Below, one piece after another: positions 31,620 through 39,759 of a stretch of DNA of 64,000 nucleotides (position 1 is its first letter; the number at the start of each line of letters is the position of its first letter). Where the stretch lies: positions 32,001-96,000 of the IMG/VR virus record IMGVR_UViG_3300024261_000007. One strand, 5' to 3'. The DNA is from a virus. The notes beneath the pieces are model-generated. The model searched no databases. It worked only from the letters and a program-made list of their open reading frames with translations, and was not told the origin of the DNA. The translations under genes and the position numbers were made by a program.

Positions 31620-31931
31620 ATGAAAAGATCAAATACAAGTAAATTATTAAACGAATGGAAAAGCTTTTTAAATGAAGAATATTATGTTGATGATCCAAAT
31701 GCAGGTCTTGTCGACTCAGATAGCTCAGCAGCTGACAAAAATGAATTAATAAATATTATTAGGCAAGATATTTTACAAGATTTAAATGTTGATATGGAAG
31801 AATTTCTTGATGAAGTATTTAATATTCTTAGCGAAGAACAGTTACAAATGATTTATAACAAGTACTTGCCTGATGGACCTCAGCAGAGTGATGACAGGGC
31901 ATTAGAAAACGATCCTGATATGAGTACTTAA
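31620..31931 (+). CDS. Small acidic hypothetical protein (putative internal protein)
   Basis: AAGGA RBS; N-terminus SKLLNEWKSFLNEE. Confidence 0.7.
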   Translation: MKRSNTSKLLNEWKSFLNEEYYVDDPNAGLVDSDSSAADKNELINIIRQDILQDLNVDMEEFLDEVFNILSEEQLQMIYNKYLPDGPQQSDDRALENDPDMST

Positions 31932-31934
31932 TTT

Positions 31935-32303
31935 ATGAAATATCCAAAGTTTTATGAAAATAGTAAATTGCCAGTAATATTAAGCAAGTTTGCGCCTATT
32001 GATATATGGGCAATAACATTAGGACCGTGGGTTTTTTGTAGAGGCGAGCTGTCTGAAGAGACAAAGCGTCACGAAGCCATACATTATTTACAATACAGAG
32101 AACTTTGGTTTATAGGCTTTTTGCTTGTGTATTTGTTTGACTATTTATGGGCTGCAGTTTTAAGTAAGAAGGGTTTTACTCGTGACGCTTACCTTTCTAT
32201 AAGATTTGAGCAAGAAGCATGGTCCTGTGATAAAACAGAAGATTACTTAGAAAAAAGAAAACCTTTTGCATGGAAAGATTATTCTTTAGGTGGAAAGAAA
32301 TAA
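31935..32303 (+). CDS. Small HExxH zincin-like putative metallopeptidase with a hydrophobic segment
   Basis: AITLGPWVF, RHEAIHYLQ, FEQEA. Confidence 0.75.
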   Translation: MKYPKFYENSKLPVILSKFAPIDIWAITLGPWVFCRGELSEETKRHEAIHYLQYRELWFIGFLLVYLFDYLWAAVLSKKGFTRDAYLSIRFEQEAWSCDKTEDYLEKRKPFAWKDYSLGGKK

Positions 32304-32306
32304 ATT

Positions 32307-32834
32307 ATGTCATTGTTTAATCAATATCAAAGTAAAGACAAAATAAAAAAGTCAATAAAAACTGCTCCCTCAAAGGCTGATGTAGCTGCAGCAAAAGAAC
32401 TAGGTATTGAATTAGCTGAAAAATGGAAAGCTTATTCACGTGAAGTTAGAGTGCATGTATACGTTAAAAGCATGGAAGAAATGGTAAGATTTTATAATAA
32501 AATACTTGAATTTCCTGTTGTTCGATACTGGAGATACGCAGATGGTGACGGTACACAAATAAATTTAGGCGGAAATCTTATAGAGCTTTTTTCAAAAGGT
32601 AGCAGAAATTATTCTAAAAAAGACTTTCATGGTAATATATCTCTATCACTTAGAGTCTATGATGTCTATAAATTCTACGAAAGAATGAATAAAAAAAATA
32701 TACAAATTGGTGATCTAAAAGAAAACCCGTGGGGAGATGCTTCTTTTTATATAATTGATCCTGAAGGAAATCGCTTGACTTTTTTTAGTCCGACGGTTAG
32801 TAAAGAAAAATACTATAAAGTTAAGAGAGACTAA
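32307..32834 (+). CDS. VOC / glyoxalase-bleomycin-resistance family protein
   Basis: VKSMEEMVRFYNKILEF, ISLRVYDV, NPWGDASFYIIDPEGNRL. Confidence 0.88.
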   Translation: MSLFNQYQSKDKIKKSIKTAPSKADVAAAKELGIELAEKWKAYSREVRVHVYVKSMEEMVRFYNKILEFPVVRYWRYADGDGTQINLGGNLIELFSKGSRNYSKKDFHGNISLSLRVYDVYKFYERMNKKNIQIGDLKENPWGDASFYIIDPEGNRLTFFSPTVSKEKYYKVKRD

Positions 32835-33104
32835 TTGTGGTATGTATACGTTTTATTGTGTGCTGACTTTTCTTTTTATTGCGGTATTACCACAAACATG
32901 GAAAGAAGATTAAAACAGCATAACGGTGAAATCAAAGGTGGCGCAAAATACACAAGAAGCAAAAGACCTTGTAACACTTTATACTGCGTTAGCGTAGAAA
33001 ACAGATCTGTTGCATTAAAAAAAGAAGCAGCTTTTAAAAAGTTAAGTAGGAAGAAAAAAGAAGAATTTTTAACTAATTATTTTCTGTCTTTAGGATCAAT
33101 ATAG
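32835..33104 (+). CDS. GIY-YIG nuclease (UPF0213/Slx1-like)
   Basis: WYVYVLLC..FYCGITTNMERRLKQHN..GGAKYT; TTG start adjacent to the upstream stop. Confidence 0.9.
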   Translation: MWYVYVLLCADFSFYCGITTNMERRLKQHNGEIKGGAKYTRSKRPCNTLYCVSVENRSVALKKEAAFKKLSRKKKEEFLTNYFLSLGSI

Positions 33105-34186
33105 TCTACACCAAGAACACTAAATATTTGTCTTTCATTCTTAGGAACAAGAAATTTGTTTTTGTTTTTATCAAAAACGTAGTCATAAGAAAATACAATG
33201 TTTTTCTTATATCCTTCGTATAACATTTTAACATTATGTGCTGCTGAACCTGTCCAATAACAAAGCCTTGTTGGAACTGATGTTGGTGTGCAGAAAAAAG
33301 CATCACATTGCATTCCTTCTTTTACAAACTGCGAAATGTTTTTGTAGCTTTTGATCACATTAGAGTCGATACCCTTTTTCAGTGTTTGACCAAACAGCCA
33401 TTGATATTGCTCTAAAAATCTTTTTTCATCAAGTGGATGTCGAGTTACTTGACCAAATTCATCATGCCCAGTAATATTAATAATTAAATCAACATCACCT
33501 ATTACATCTTTTTGTCTTCTTAAAGATCCCGCAGGATATATTTCTTCGACATGAAACCCACCTTCAGTTAATACGTCATACACTTCTTTACTTGCTATTT
33601 CAAAAACATTTTTTGCATATGCATAAGTTTGCTTGTCACATCCTAAGGCGCCACTTTCTGTAAGAAGCTTTTTGCTTTTTTGCTTTTTTATCTTTGCTTC
33701 TTTAATAACATGAGGACTTCCATCCCACCAGCCATTCATTGTTCGCCAATCTAAGTTTGCAATAACTTCGTGCATTAAACTTTCTTTAACAAATCTAATG
33801 TGTTCTGCTAAATCAAACTTTTTCCAGTCAATTGACAAATAGCCTTCGTTTATTACGATATGATTAGGTCTAAAAATATAATTGTTTTTTGCTCTGTCAA
33901 AAACATAAGAAGCAACTTCTTTAACAAGACTTATATGCTTTTTACTTGCTGTACTCATTAAGTCTTCTCTAATATTTTGTGTGAGCAAAGTATCGTAGTT
34001 GTAAATAATGTAATCACACTTGTAGTTTTCGTTAATTTGATTACTAACAAGATTTGTATGAAAGTCAATGATTGCAGGAGAATATTCAAATATATGTCTA
34101 TCTACTTCGACTTGATATTGCATAATCTCTAAAGCTAGCTTTTCAATTCCTTCTATAAGAATTTTTTTTTGATAATTATTAACCAT
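33077..34186 (-). CDS. polX: DNA polymerase X family protein (palm+thumb) with an unrelated N-terminal extension
   Basis: AGSLRR..GDVDLII, QCDAF (third Asp), YWTGSAAHN, ERQIFSVLGVDYIDPKDR. Confidence 0.9.
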   Translation of the reverse strand: MVNNYQKKILIEGIEKLALEIMQYQVEVDRHIFEYSPAIIDFHTNLVSNQINENYKCDYIIYNYDTLLTQNIREDLMSTASKKHISLVKEVASYVFDRAKNNYIFRPNHIVINEGYLSIDWKKFDLAEHIRFVKESLMHEVIANLDWRTMNGWWDGSPHVIKEAKIKKQKSKKLLTESGALGCDKQTYAYAKNVFEIASKEVYDVLTEGGFHVEEIYPAGSLRRQKDVIGDVDLIINITGHDEFGQVTRHPLDEKRFLEQYQWLFGQTLKKGIDSNVIKSYKNISQFVKEGMQCDAFFCTPTSVPTRLCYWTGSAAHNVKMLYEGYKKNIVFSYDYVFDKNKNKFLVPKNERQIFSVLGVDYIDPKDRK

Positions 34187-34202
34187 GCCTTAGATTCCTT
34201 CT

Positions 34203-34874
34203 TTAAAGTCTACGACCTCTTCTTTGACGAGTTTCGTTTCTTGCAATGTAACCGTTATTATATTCACTAAAGTATTCAACTATTTCCATTACATTACCAC
34301 TTGTTGTACGAACACCAATTTCATCCAAAAGTTCAACTGGAACTGGTGATTCTTCAATGAAGTCATGTTGCATAAGAATTTTAATTACACTACTTGCAAG
34401 ATCAGATGAAGATTTTTTATCCCAAGTATGAAACAGATTGGCAAAGTCTTGAGAAGACTTGTCTGAGCTACTATCTACAGAGTAAACATTACCGTTAAAG
34501 TAAGAAACTTGCCCGTTCTTTCCTTTTAGAACATTTGATTCAATTGTTAACAAAAACTTTGATGAACTATCTAAAGAATCAGAATAACCTGGATCATCGC
34601 TTGCTACACTTGATTGTGAACCTTGACCAGCAGCATATTGTTTTCCTGCGCCACCTGTTCCTTGCTGTATATATTGTTTTCCTGCACCGCCCACACCTTG
34701 AGGAGCCATATTGCTCGAGTCAATTCCAGGCTGCATAAATTGTGGTTCTCCACCACTCATCCCACCTGATTGTACACCACCACGAGCATTTCCGTATCTA
34801 TAGTCTCCCGGAGTAGCAATTTCTTCAATAGTCTCTCTAATAATTTTTCTTAGGTTATTAATTGATATTTTCAT
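34203..34874 (-). CDS. Gly/Gln-rich hypothetical protein (putative internal protein)
   Basis: AAGGA RBS before ATG 34874; MKISINNLRKIIRETIEE; duplicated GGAGKQY. Confidence 0.7.
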   Translation of the reverse strand: MKISINNLRKIIRETIEEIATPGDYRYGNARGGVQSGGMSGGEPQFMQPGIDSSNMAPQGVGGAGKQYIQQGTGGAGKQYAAGQGSQSSVASDDPGYSDSLDSSSKFLLTIESNVLKGKNGQVSYFNGNVYSVDSSSDKSSQDFANLFHTWDKKSSSDLASSVIKILMQHDFIEESPVPVELLDEIGVRTTSGNVMEIVEYFSEYNNGYIARNETRQRRGRRL

Positions 34875-35649
34875 GATTGTCCTTTTCACTTTCTTTATAC
34901 ATTATATATGATGTCGTTATTTCTTTTTTAGGCAAAAGTACTTCTTTGCTGGCTTTTTCTTTTAAATAAATTCTTTGGTTTTCAAGAGGATCTTGGCAAT
35001 CTACAAAGCTAGGATTTGCTGTGTAAAGTATTTGTGCAGGTCTAAAGATACACTTGTCTATTTGCGGATAGTTTTCTGTAAACCAAGGTTTTAAAGTTTC
35101 ACAATCCCAAGACTCTTTTAGCATAAACCATATATGTGACTTAAGTTTTTTGCTGCTAGGTGTCATGCCGTTTGAAAACTGGCATACGTAGCTTGAATTA
35201 TGAAATGATTCATGTAGGGTTTGAATAAACATTTCAACAGCTTTTTCACGTTGAAACTTTGAGCCCATGTTTAGACCTTCAGGTACAAGGTAGTTGTCGA
35301 TATCAAGCATAATCCATTTTTTAGGATAATCTTCTATAGTAGGCTTAATAACCTTGTTGCCTTCTACTTTTTCTCTTAAAGTTCTAGTTATTTTATAGCC
35401 TTTGAGCTTTTCTTCGTATGCATGTTCTGTAATATTTCCTCTTACAAGACAAGAGTTTTTGTTAAAAGATTTTTTTATTAAAAGATCATGCATGTCATAA
35501 ATATCTTTTATTGCAACTTCTTCAAACAAATACCATTTTGAAAAAGTTTTATCTATTATTTCGTATTCGTTATTTTCATTTAACTTCCACGTTTTGTGTT
35601 GTGCTTGTGTAGAAGTCAAGACAGTAACAATGTTTGAATAGTTTTTCAT
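34858..35649 (-). CDS. Putative archaeo-eukaryotic primase (prim-pol) domain protein
   Basis: WIMLDID (motif I), QFSNG..KLKSHIWF (motif II), IDKCIFRPAQILYTA (motif III-like). Confidence 0.65.
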   Translation of the reverse strand: MKNYSNIVTVLTSTQAQHKTWKLNENNEYEIIDKTFSKWYLFEEVAIKDIYDMHDLLIKKSFNKNSCLVRGNITEHAYEEKLKGYKITRTLREKVEGNKVIKPTIEDYPKKWIMLDIDNYLVPEGLNMGSKFQREKAVEMFIQTLHESFHNSSYVCQFSNGMTPSSKKLKSHIWFMLKESWDCETLKPWFTENYPQIDKCIFRPAQILYTANPSFVDCQDPLENQRIYLKEKASKEVLLPKKEITTSYIMYKESEKDNHENIN

Positions 35650-35710
35650 AAGTTATCACCAAGTAAGATTTATAGTTATTAATTATTCTTGACAATAACT
35701 ATTTTTTCAA

Positions 35711-36100
35711 TTAACCTTCTGAACTTTCTTCTCCAGCAGGAGACTCTTCTTCAGTACCAGCTTCAGTACCAGCTTCAGTACCAGCCTCAGTACCAGCCTC
35801 AGTACCAGCTTCAGTACCAGCTTCAGTACCAGCGTCAGTCTCTGGATCAGAATCATCGTCTTCTCCAGCAGGAGACTCTTCTTCAGTACCAGCTTCAGTA
35901 CCAGCCTCTTCAATAGGCTCTTCTACTTCCTCACCAGCCTCTTCTTCAACACCACTATCAACGTCATTACCCATGTCTTCACTTTCTACTTCTTCACCAG
36001 CTTGATGTTCTTCAACATCATTATCGTCGTCGTCGTCGCAAGCAACGAATGTAAATATAAGTGCTAAGGCAAGTGCTAAGATATTTTTAATACTAAACAT
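35711..36100 (-). CDS. Acidic lipoprotein with AGTE repeats
   Basis: AAGGAG RBS; signal peptide MFSIKNILALALALIFTFVA-C followed by DDDDD. Confidence 0.8.
   Translation of the reverse strand: MFSIKNILALALALIFTFVACDDDDDNDVEEHQAGEEVESEDMGNDVDSGVEEEAGEEVEEPIEEAGTEAGTEEESPAGEDDDSDPETDAGTEAGTEAGTEAGTEAGTEAGTEAGTEEESPAGEESSEG
35749..35832. repeat. 12-bp tandem repeat (c[t/c]tcagtaccag x7), with two more units at ~35881
   Basis: Directly visible; encodes AGTE on the - strand. Confidence 0.92.
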
Positions 36101-36175
36101 AATTTTACTCCTTGTTATTATAAGATATAGAGTAATATATTATAAAGACAAGAATAAATGTAAATTTTAACAAAA

Positions 36176-36209
36176 AAATATAATTAATATTGAAATATAA
36201 TTAATATTG
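36176..36209 (+). repeat. 17-bp tandem duplication (aaatataattaatattg x2) containing the ATAATTA motif
   Basis: Directly visible upstream of 36229. Confidence 0.85.
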
Positions 36210-36228
36210 AATAGAAAGGATTTATATT

Positions 36229-36591
36229 ATGTCTATTGAATCTGGTAAGTATGTAGAGTTAGCTTTAAAATATAAAAATCAAATAACAGTAGCCTCTGTT
36301 ATTTTTGTAATGATTGTTTCTTTTGCAGGAGGTAGAATTTCAGCTGTATGTCCGCCAAAATCAAAAGTTTGCAAAGGAGAACTAATTTTAATTGACAGTC
36401 TTAAAAAAGAAATTATTGCAAAAGACGAGAAATACAAAAAGCTCTTAAGAAAAGAACTTGACATTGCTGAAGGGCAATGTCTTGTAAGAATAAAAAACGC
36501 AAGAAAGGGCAATGAAAGTATGAATAAAATTGTAGATTGTGAAGAAGCCAAGGCGATTATGCCTCACTGCAAGAGAAGGGGAAGGTGGTAA
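36229..36591 (+). CDS. Membrane-anchored coiled-coil protein, putative i-spanin-like
   Basis: N-terminal TM (ITVASVIFVMIVSFAGG), Cys residues and a coiled coil. Confidence 0.55.
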   Translation: MSIESGKYVELALKYKNQITVASVIFVMIVSFAGGRISAVCPPKSKVCKGELILIDSLKKEIIAKDEKYKKLLRKELDIAEGQCLVRIKNARKGNESMNKIVDCEEAKAIMPHCKRRGRW

Positions 36592-36592
36592 A

Positions 36593-37099
36593 GTGAGACT
36601 ATTATCTTTAGGTCTAGTATTAAGTACACTTTTAAGTTCTTTAAGTTATGCAGAACCTTATGCGCTTGAAGAAAACAACTTTGATTTAGAAAATCAGCCA
36701 ATTCAGTGGGAACCTATTAAAAAACAAGTTTCTACTCCTTTGATAGATTTAGAGCTTTGGATTTTACATCAAACTGTTCCTGCACCAATACCGGGTTATT
36801 TGTTGAAAAAAAATGACTGGATTGAAATAAGAAGAGTTTTAAATGATTATGGAAGTGAAGTTAAAAGAATTAAAACTGAGGAAAGAAGAGTCTGTGATAG
36901 TCTTTTAAAAGAAAAAGATGAGTCATGCGCAAGGCAAAATAAAGACTTGATCGAAAAGATAGAAGATCAAGATAGAGTTATTGTGATAAAAGATAGCAAG
37001 ATCAAAGATTTGCATTCTGACCTTTTTTGGATAAAGACACTTTCAGGCACAAGTGTAGGCCTATTATTAAGCTTATTAGTGTATCAAGCTGTAAAATAG
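36593..37099 (+). CDS. Secreted, C-terminally membrane-anchored coiled-coil protein, putative spanin-like
   Basis: GTG 36593 after GAAGGTGG; signal peptide ..SLSYA|EP, APIPGYLL, coiled coil, C-terminal TM. Confidence 0.55.
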   Translation: MRLLSLGLVLSTLLSSLSYAEPYALEENNFDLENQPIQWEPIKKQVSTPLIDLELWILHQTVPAPIPGYLLKKNDWIEIRRVLNDYGSEVKRIKTEERRVCDSLLKEKDESCARQNKDLIEKIEDQDRVIVIKDSKIKDLHSDLFWIKTLSGTSVGLLLSLLVYQAVK

Positions 37100-37153
37100 A
37101 TAATGCAGATCATATTTATTTTATTAAACATTAATTATTAGGAGTTAATTAGT

Positions 37154-37426
37154 ATGGAACCAAACGTAGTGCTTTCAGTAGGTAGTTTAATTGGTTTGTT
37201 TGGGTTGTTTTACGCTTGGCATAAAGACGCAAAGTCAACTTCAAATCAAATTACAGCTTTAGAAAACAAAGTTAAACATTTAGATGAAAAGTTAAAGCAA
37301 CAAGACAGTGCAATTGAAAGAATAAATCAGACCCTTATTAAAATGGATCTTAAGTTAACACGTATTGACACACAGCTTTCTCTTTTATTAGAAGAAAAAA
37401 GAGACAGACAACAAAATGTTTCTTAA
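37154..37426 (+). CDS. Single-TM coiled-coil protein, putative holin/XhlA-like
   Basis: GGAG RBS; N-terminal TM followed by a heptad coil. Confidence 0.55.
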   Translation: MEPNVVLSVGSLIGLFGLFYAWHKDAKSTSNQITALENKVKHLDEKLKQQDSAIERINQTLIKMDLKLTRIDTQLSLLLEEKRDRQQNVS

Positions 37427-37471
37427 AAACAGATATATTTAGATAATAATATTAAAAACAGGAGAAATAAT

Positions 37472-37690
37472 ATGCGTATTACACAAAAAGAGCTTCGAAA
37501 TATGATTGCTGAAGAGATGAAAAATATCAAGGCAGAACGTCTTGTAGAAGGTTCACAATCAAACCCAGTTGTTGCAACACCAGAGCTTATTAATCAAATT
37601 ATTAAAGAAGAGTTTGAAGCATTCCAGACACGTCAAAAGCTTGCAGAAGCAAAAAAAAGAAGTAGAATTTTAAAAAATAGACGTCGTTAA
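37472..37690 (+). CDS. Small putative internal protein
   Basis: AGGAG RBS; ITQKELRNMIAEE and TPELINQIIKEE repeats. Confidence 0.75.
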   Translation: MRITQKELRNMIAEEMKNIKAERLVEGSQSNPVVATPELINQIIKEEFEAFQTRQKLAEAKKRSRILKNRRR

Positions 37691-37781
37691 TTTTTTAAAA
37701 AAAGATTGAACAAATTCAATATTATGATTATAATTTGTATGCATTATTTAATTAATCACAATATTGAAAGGAATATAAAAT

Positions 37782-38033
37782 ATGCAATTAACACCTGAGC
37801 AAGTTCAATCTATCAACATTCTTCTTTCTGCAGTACAAGTAGCACAACGACGTGGCGCATTTTCTTTGCAAGATGCATCTACTCTACAAGATGCAATTGA
37901 TAAGCTAGTACCAAGAGAAGAGCAAGAGAGACAAGCTGCAGAAGCACAAAAAGCTGGCGCAGAATCAGATGATGCTGAGGCAGCGGTAAGCATGCCTGAA
38001 GAAGATTCTGAACATTCATCTGATTCCGAGTAA
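37782..38033 (+). CDS. Hypothetical protein
   Basis: AAGGA RBS; AVQVAQRRGAFSLQDA motif; acidic tail. Confidence 0.75.
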   Translation: MQLTPEQVQSINILLSAVQVAQRRGAFSLQDASTLQDAIDKLVPREEQERQAAEAQKAGAESDDAEAAVSMPEEDSEHSSDSE

Positions 38034-38054
38034 CAATTTTAAAAAATATATTTT

Positions 38055-38077
38055 AAGTGCATTAATGCACTTTTTTT
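38055..38077 (+). terminator. Rho-independent terminator
   Basis: Palindrome aagtgcattaatgcactt plus a T run. Confidence 0.75.
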
Positions 38078-38101
38078 GTATTTACATAATATATAGTTTT
38101 A

Positions 38102-38182
38102 GGCCCGATGCAAACATAACAGCTGACCCCGCCAGTGCATCGGAATCATGCGGACAAGTTTATCACAGAAAGTGAGGAAGTT
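38102..38182 (+). ncRNA. Putative structured cis-regulatory RNA (unclassified, pseudoknot-like)
   Basis: GC-rich island; ccgatgca(38105-12)/tgcatcgg(38136-43), ctg/cag inner stem, loop ccgc(38129-32) complementary to gcgg(38150-53), tcac-agaaa-gtga hairpin over the RBS. Confidence 0.55.
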
Positions 38183-38620
38183 ATGGCAACAAGAAGAAAG
38201 TCTACTTCTAAAAAGAAAAAAGAAGAACCAGTAGTAGAATCTCCTGTAGAAGTTGTTGAACCAGCAGTAGAAGAAAAGGCACCTGAGCCTCCACCCGTTG
38301 TTGAACCCGAACAGCCTCAAGCCGAAGAAGAACCACCTCCTGTGCCTGAAGAGCCGAAAGCAAAAATGTCAGCCAAAGTAGAGCCTGTTTCAGAAGCAGT
38401 TGCTGATGTTCCTGTAGAAGTTCCTGCACCAGTTGTAGAACAAAAGGCTGAGGTTGTAGAACTGCCTCGTATGAGTATTGGTTCTATTGTTATGACACCA
38501 ACTGGCAAGCGTTGTCAAGTTGTAGGTCATGCAAAAGGTGGAAAGTTTAGAGTTCAAAATTTAAAAAATACGCGAAAGGTTTATGCATACGAACCTTCTC
38601 GTCTCTCATTGGTACAATAA
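38183..38620 (+). CDS. Pro/Glu-rich protein with basic N-terminus and C-terminal SH3/KOW-like domain
   Basis: GAGG RBS before ATG 38183; IGSIVMTPTGKRCQVVG. Confidence 0.7.
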   Translation: MATRRKSTSKKKKEEPVVESPVEVVEPAVEEKAPEPPPVVEPEQPQAEEEPPPVPEEPKAKMSAKVEPVSEAVADVPVEVPAPVVEQKAEVVELPRMSIGSIVMTPTGKRCQVVGHAKGGKFRVQNLKNTRKVYAYEPSRLSLVQ

Positions 38621-38651
38621 TTTTATAAAATAAAAAAAAAGGAGATATGAT

Positions 38652-39167
38652 ATGCCGTTAGTAGAAATTAGTACAGATAAAGGTTTAGTTCAAAAGTCTG
38701 GTGCCGCAACAGATGGTGGTGCAGGTCTTAAATTACTTGCATTAAATGGTGCAGCTGCAGAGCTTAAAGTAATTCAAGCAGATGTGACAATTGCAGATGG
38801 CGCTGCAGGCAGTAAAGGAAAATCATCAGCAGCGATTGTCCCAGCAGGCTTTGTAGCTTTAAGTTGTCATGTTCGATTTACAGTTGCCTCTACAGGTAAT
38901 GTCAACTTGGTTGATATTGGAACTGAAGCAGACCCTGATTGCTTTGTCGACGGTGCTGGTTTGTTAGATTTAAGAACAATTGGTGATAAAGGATTTGTAT
39001 CATGCAATGGTTTAGCTGCAGTCAATGGTGATGCAGCGACAACTGGTAGAGCATTAGAAGCTGCAGCAGACGAACTTAGCGTTACTTTAAGCGGTGATCC
39101 TGGCGCAGGTGATGCAACAGTAAGAGTTACACTTGTAGGTCTTGTACTTACTCAAGCAACAGCATAA
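38652..39167 (+). CDS. Putative head decoration/structural protein, paralog 1
   Basis: Ala/Gly-rich beta-type sequence; highly similar to the next gene. Confidence 0.7.
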   Translation: MPLVEISTDKGLVQKSGAATDGGAGLKLLALNGAAAELKVIQADVTIADGAAGSKGKSSAAIVPAGFVALSCHVRFTVASTGNVNLVDIGTEADPDCFVDGAGLLDLRTIGDKGFVSCNGLAAVNGDAATTGRALEAAADELSVTLSGDPGAGDATVRVTLVGLVLTQATA

Positions 39168-39178
39168 GGAGACTCAAA

Positions 39179-39691
39179 ATGCCATTAGTAGAAATTAGTA
39201 ATGAAAAAGGTCTCGTACAGAAAACCGGCACTTCTATTGGAGGCGGTGCTGCTATAAAGCTGTTAGCATCAAATAGCGCTGCGTCGGAATTAAAAATAAT
39301 TCAAGCCGACATTACAGTTGGCGCTGCAGTAACTACAGCAAAGTCAGCTTCAGCAGTTGTCCCTGCAGGTTTTGTTGCACTTGCTGCAATGTTCCGCGTA
39401 ACCGAAGCTGCAACTGAAGCTGTAGTAATTGAAGATATTGGAACTGATGCAGATCCTGATTGTTTTGTTGACGGTGCTGCTATTACTGCAGATGCGGCGG
39501 GCGACAAAGGATTTGTATCGTGTAACGGTTTAGCTGCAGTTAATGGTGCTATAGCAACAACAGGACGCGCATTAGAAGCTGCTGCAGATGAACTTGAAAT
39601 CGTATTGGATGGAGTTCCTGGAGGTGATGGGTGCACAGTAAGAGTTACTCTTGTAGGTCTTGTAATGACAGGCGCAATTGCTCCAGTTTAA
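39179..39691 (+). CDS. Putative head decoration/structural protein, paralog 2
   Basis: MPLVEIS.EKGLVQK, DIGT.ADPDCFVDGA and GDKGFVSCNGLAAVNG shared with paralog 1. Confidence 0.7.
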   Translation: MPLVEISNEKGLVQKTGTSIGGGAAIKLLASNSAASELKIIQADITVGAAVTTAKSASAVVPAGFVALAAMFRVTEAATEAVVIEDIGTDADPDCFVDGAAITADAAGDKGFVSCNGLAAVNGAIATTGRALEAAADELEIVLDGVPGGDGCTVRVTLVGLVMTGAIAPV

Positions 39692-39720
39692 TTGACTTTA
39701 AAGACTAAACTTTTTATTTT

Positions 39721-39759
39721 AAAACCTCATTGTAGTAGAGATACTCTTTGGGGTTTTTT
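39721..39759 (+). terminator. Probable terminator
   Basis: aaaacctca...tggggtttttt hairpin after the paralog pair. Confidence 0.55.

Noticed and set aside
32835-33104. Homing endonuclease or intron
   Set aside because: Only 89 aa, UPF0213-type, with no DNA-binding extension; no interrupted host gene. No intein motifs noticed in terminase or primase.
35749-35905. Possible CRISPR array
   Set aside because: 12-bp head-to-tail units with no spacers, in frame within a lipoprotein gene; no cas genes.
38107-38165. Calling the RNA an HDV-like/theta ribozyme
   Set aside because: P1, P3, a 7-nt loop and GG fit, but there is no convincing P2 pairing and the loop starts with A rather than U; left unclassified.
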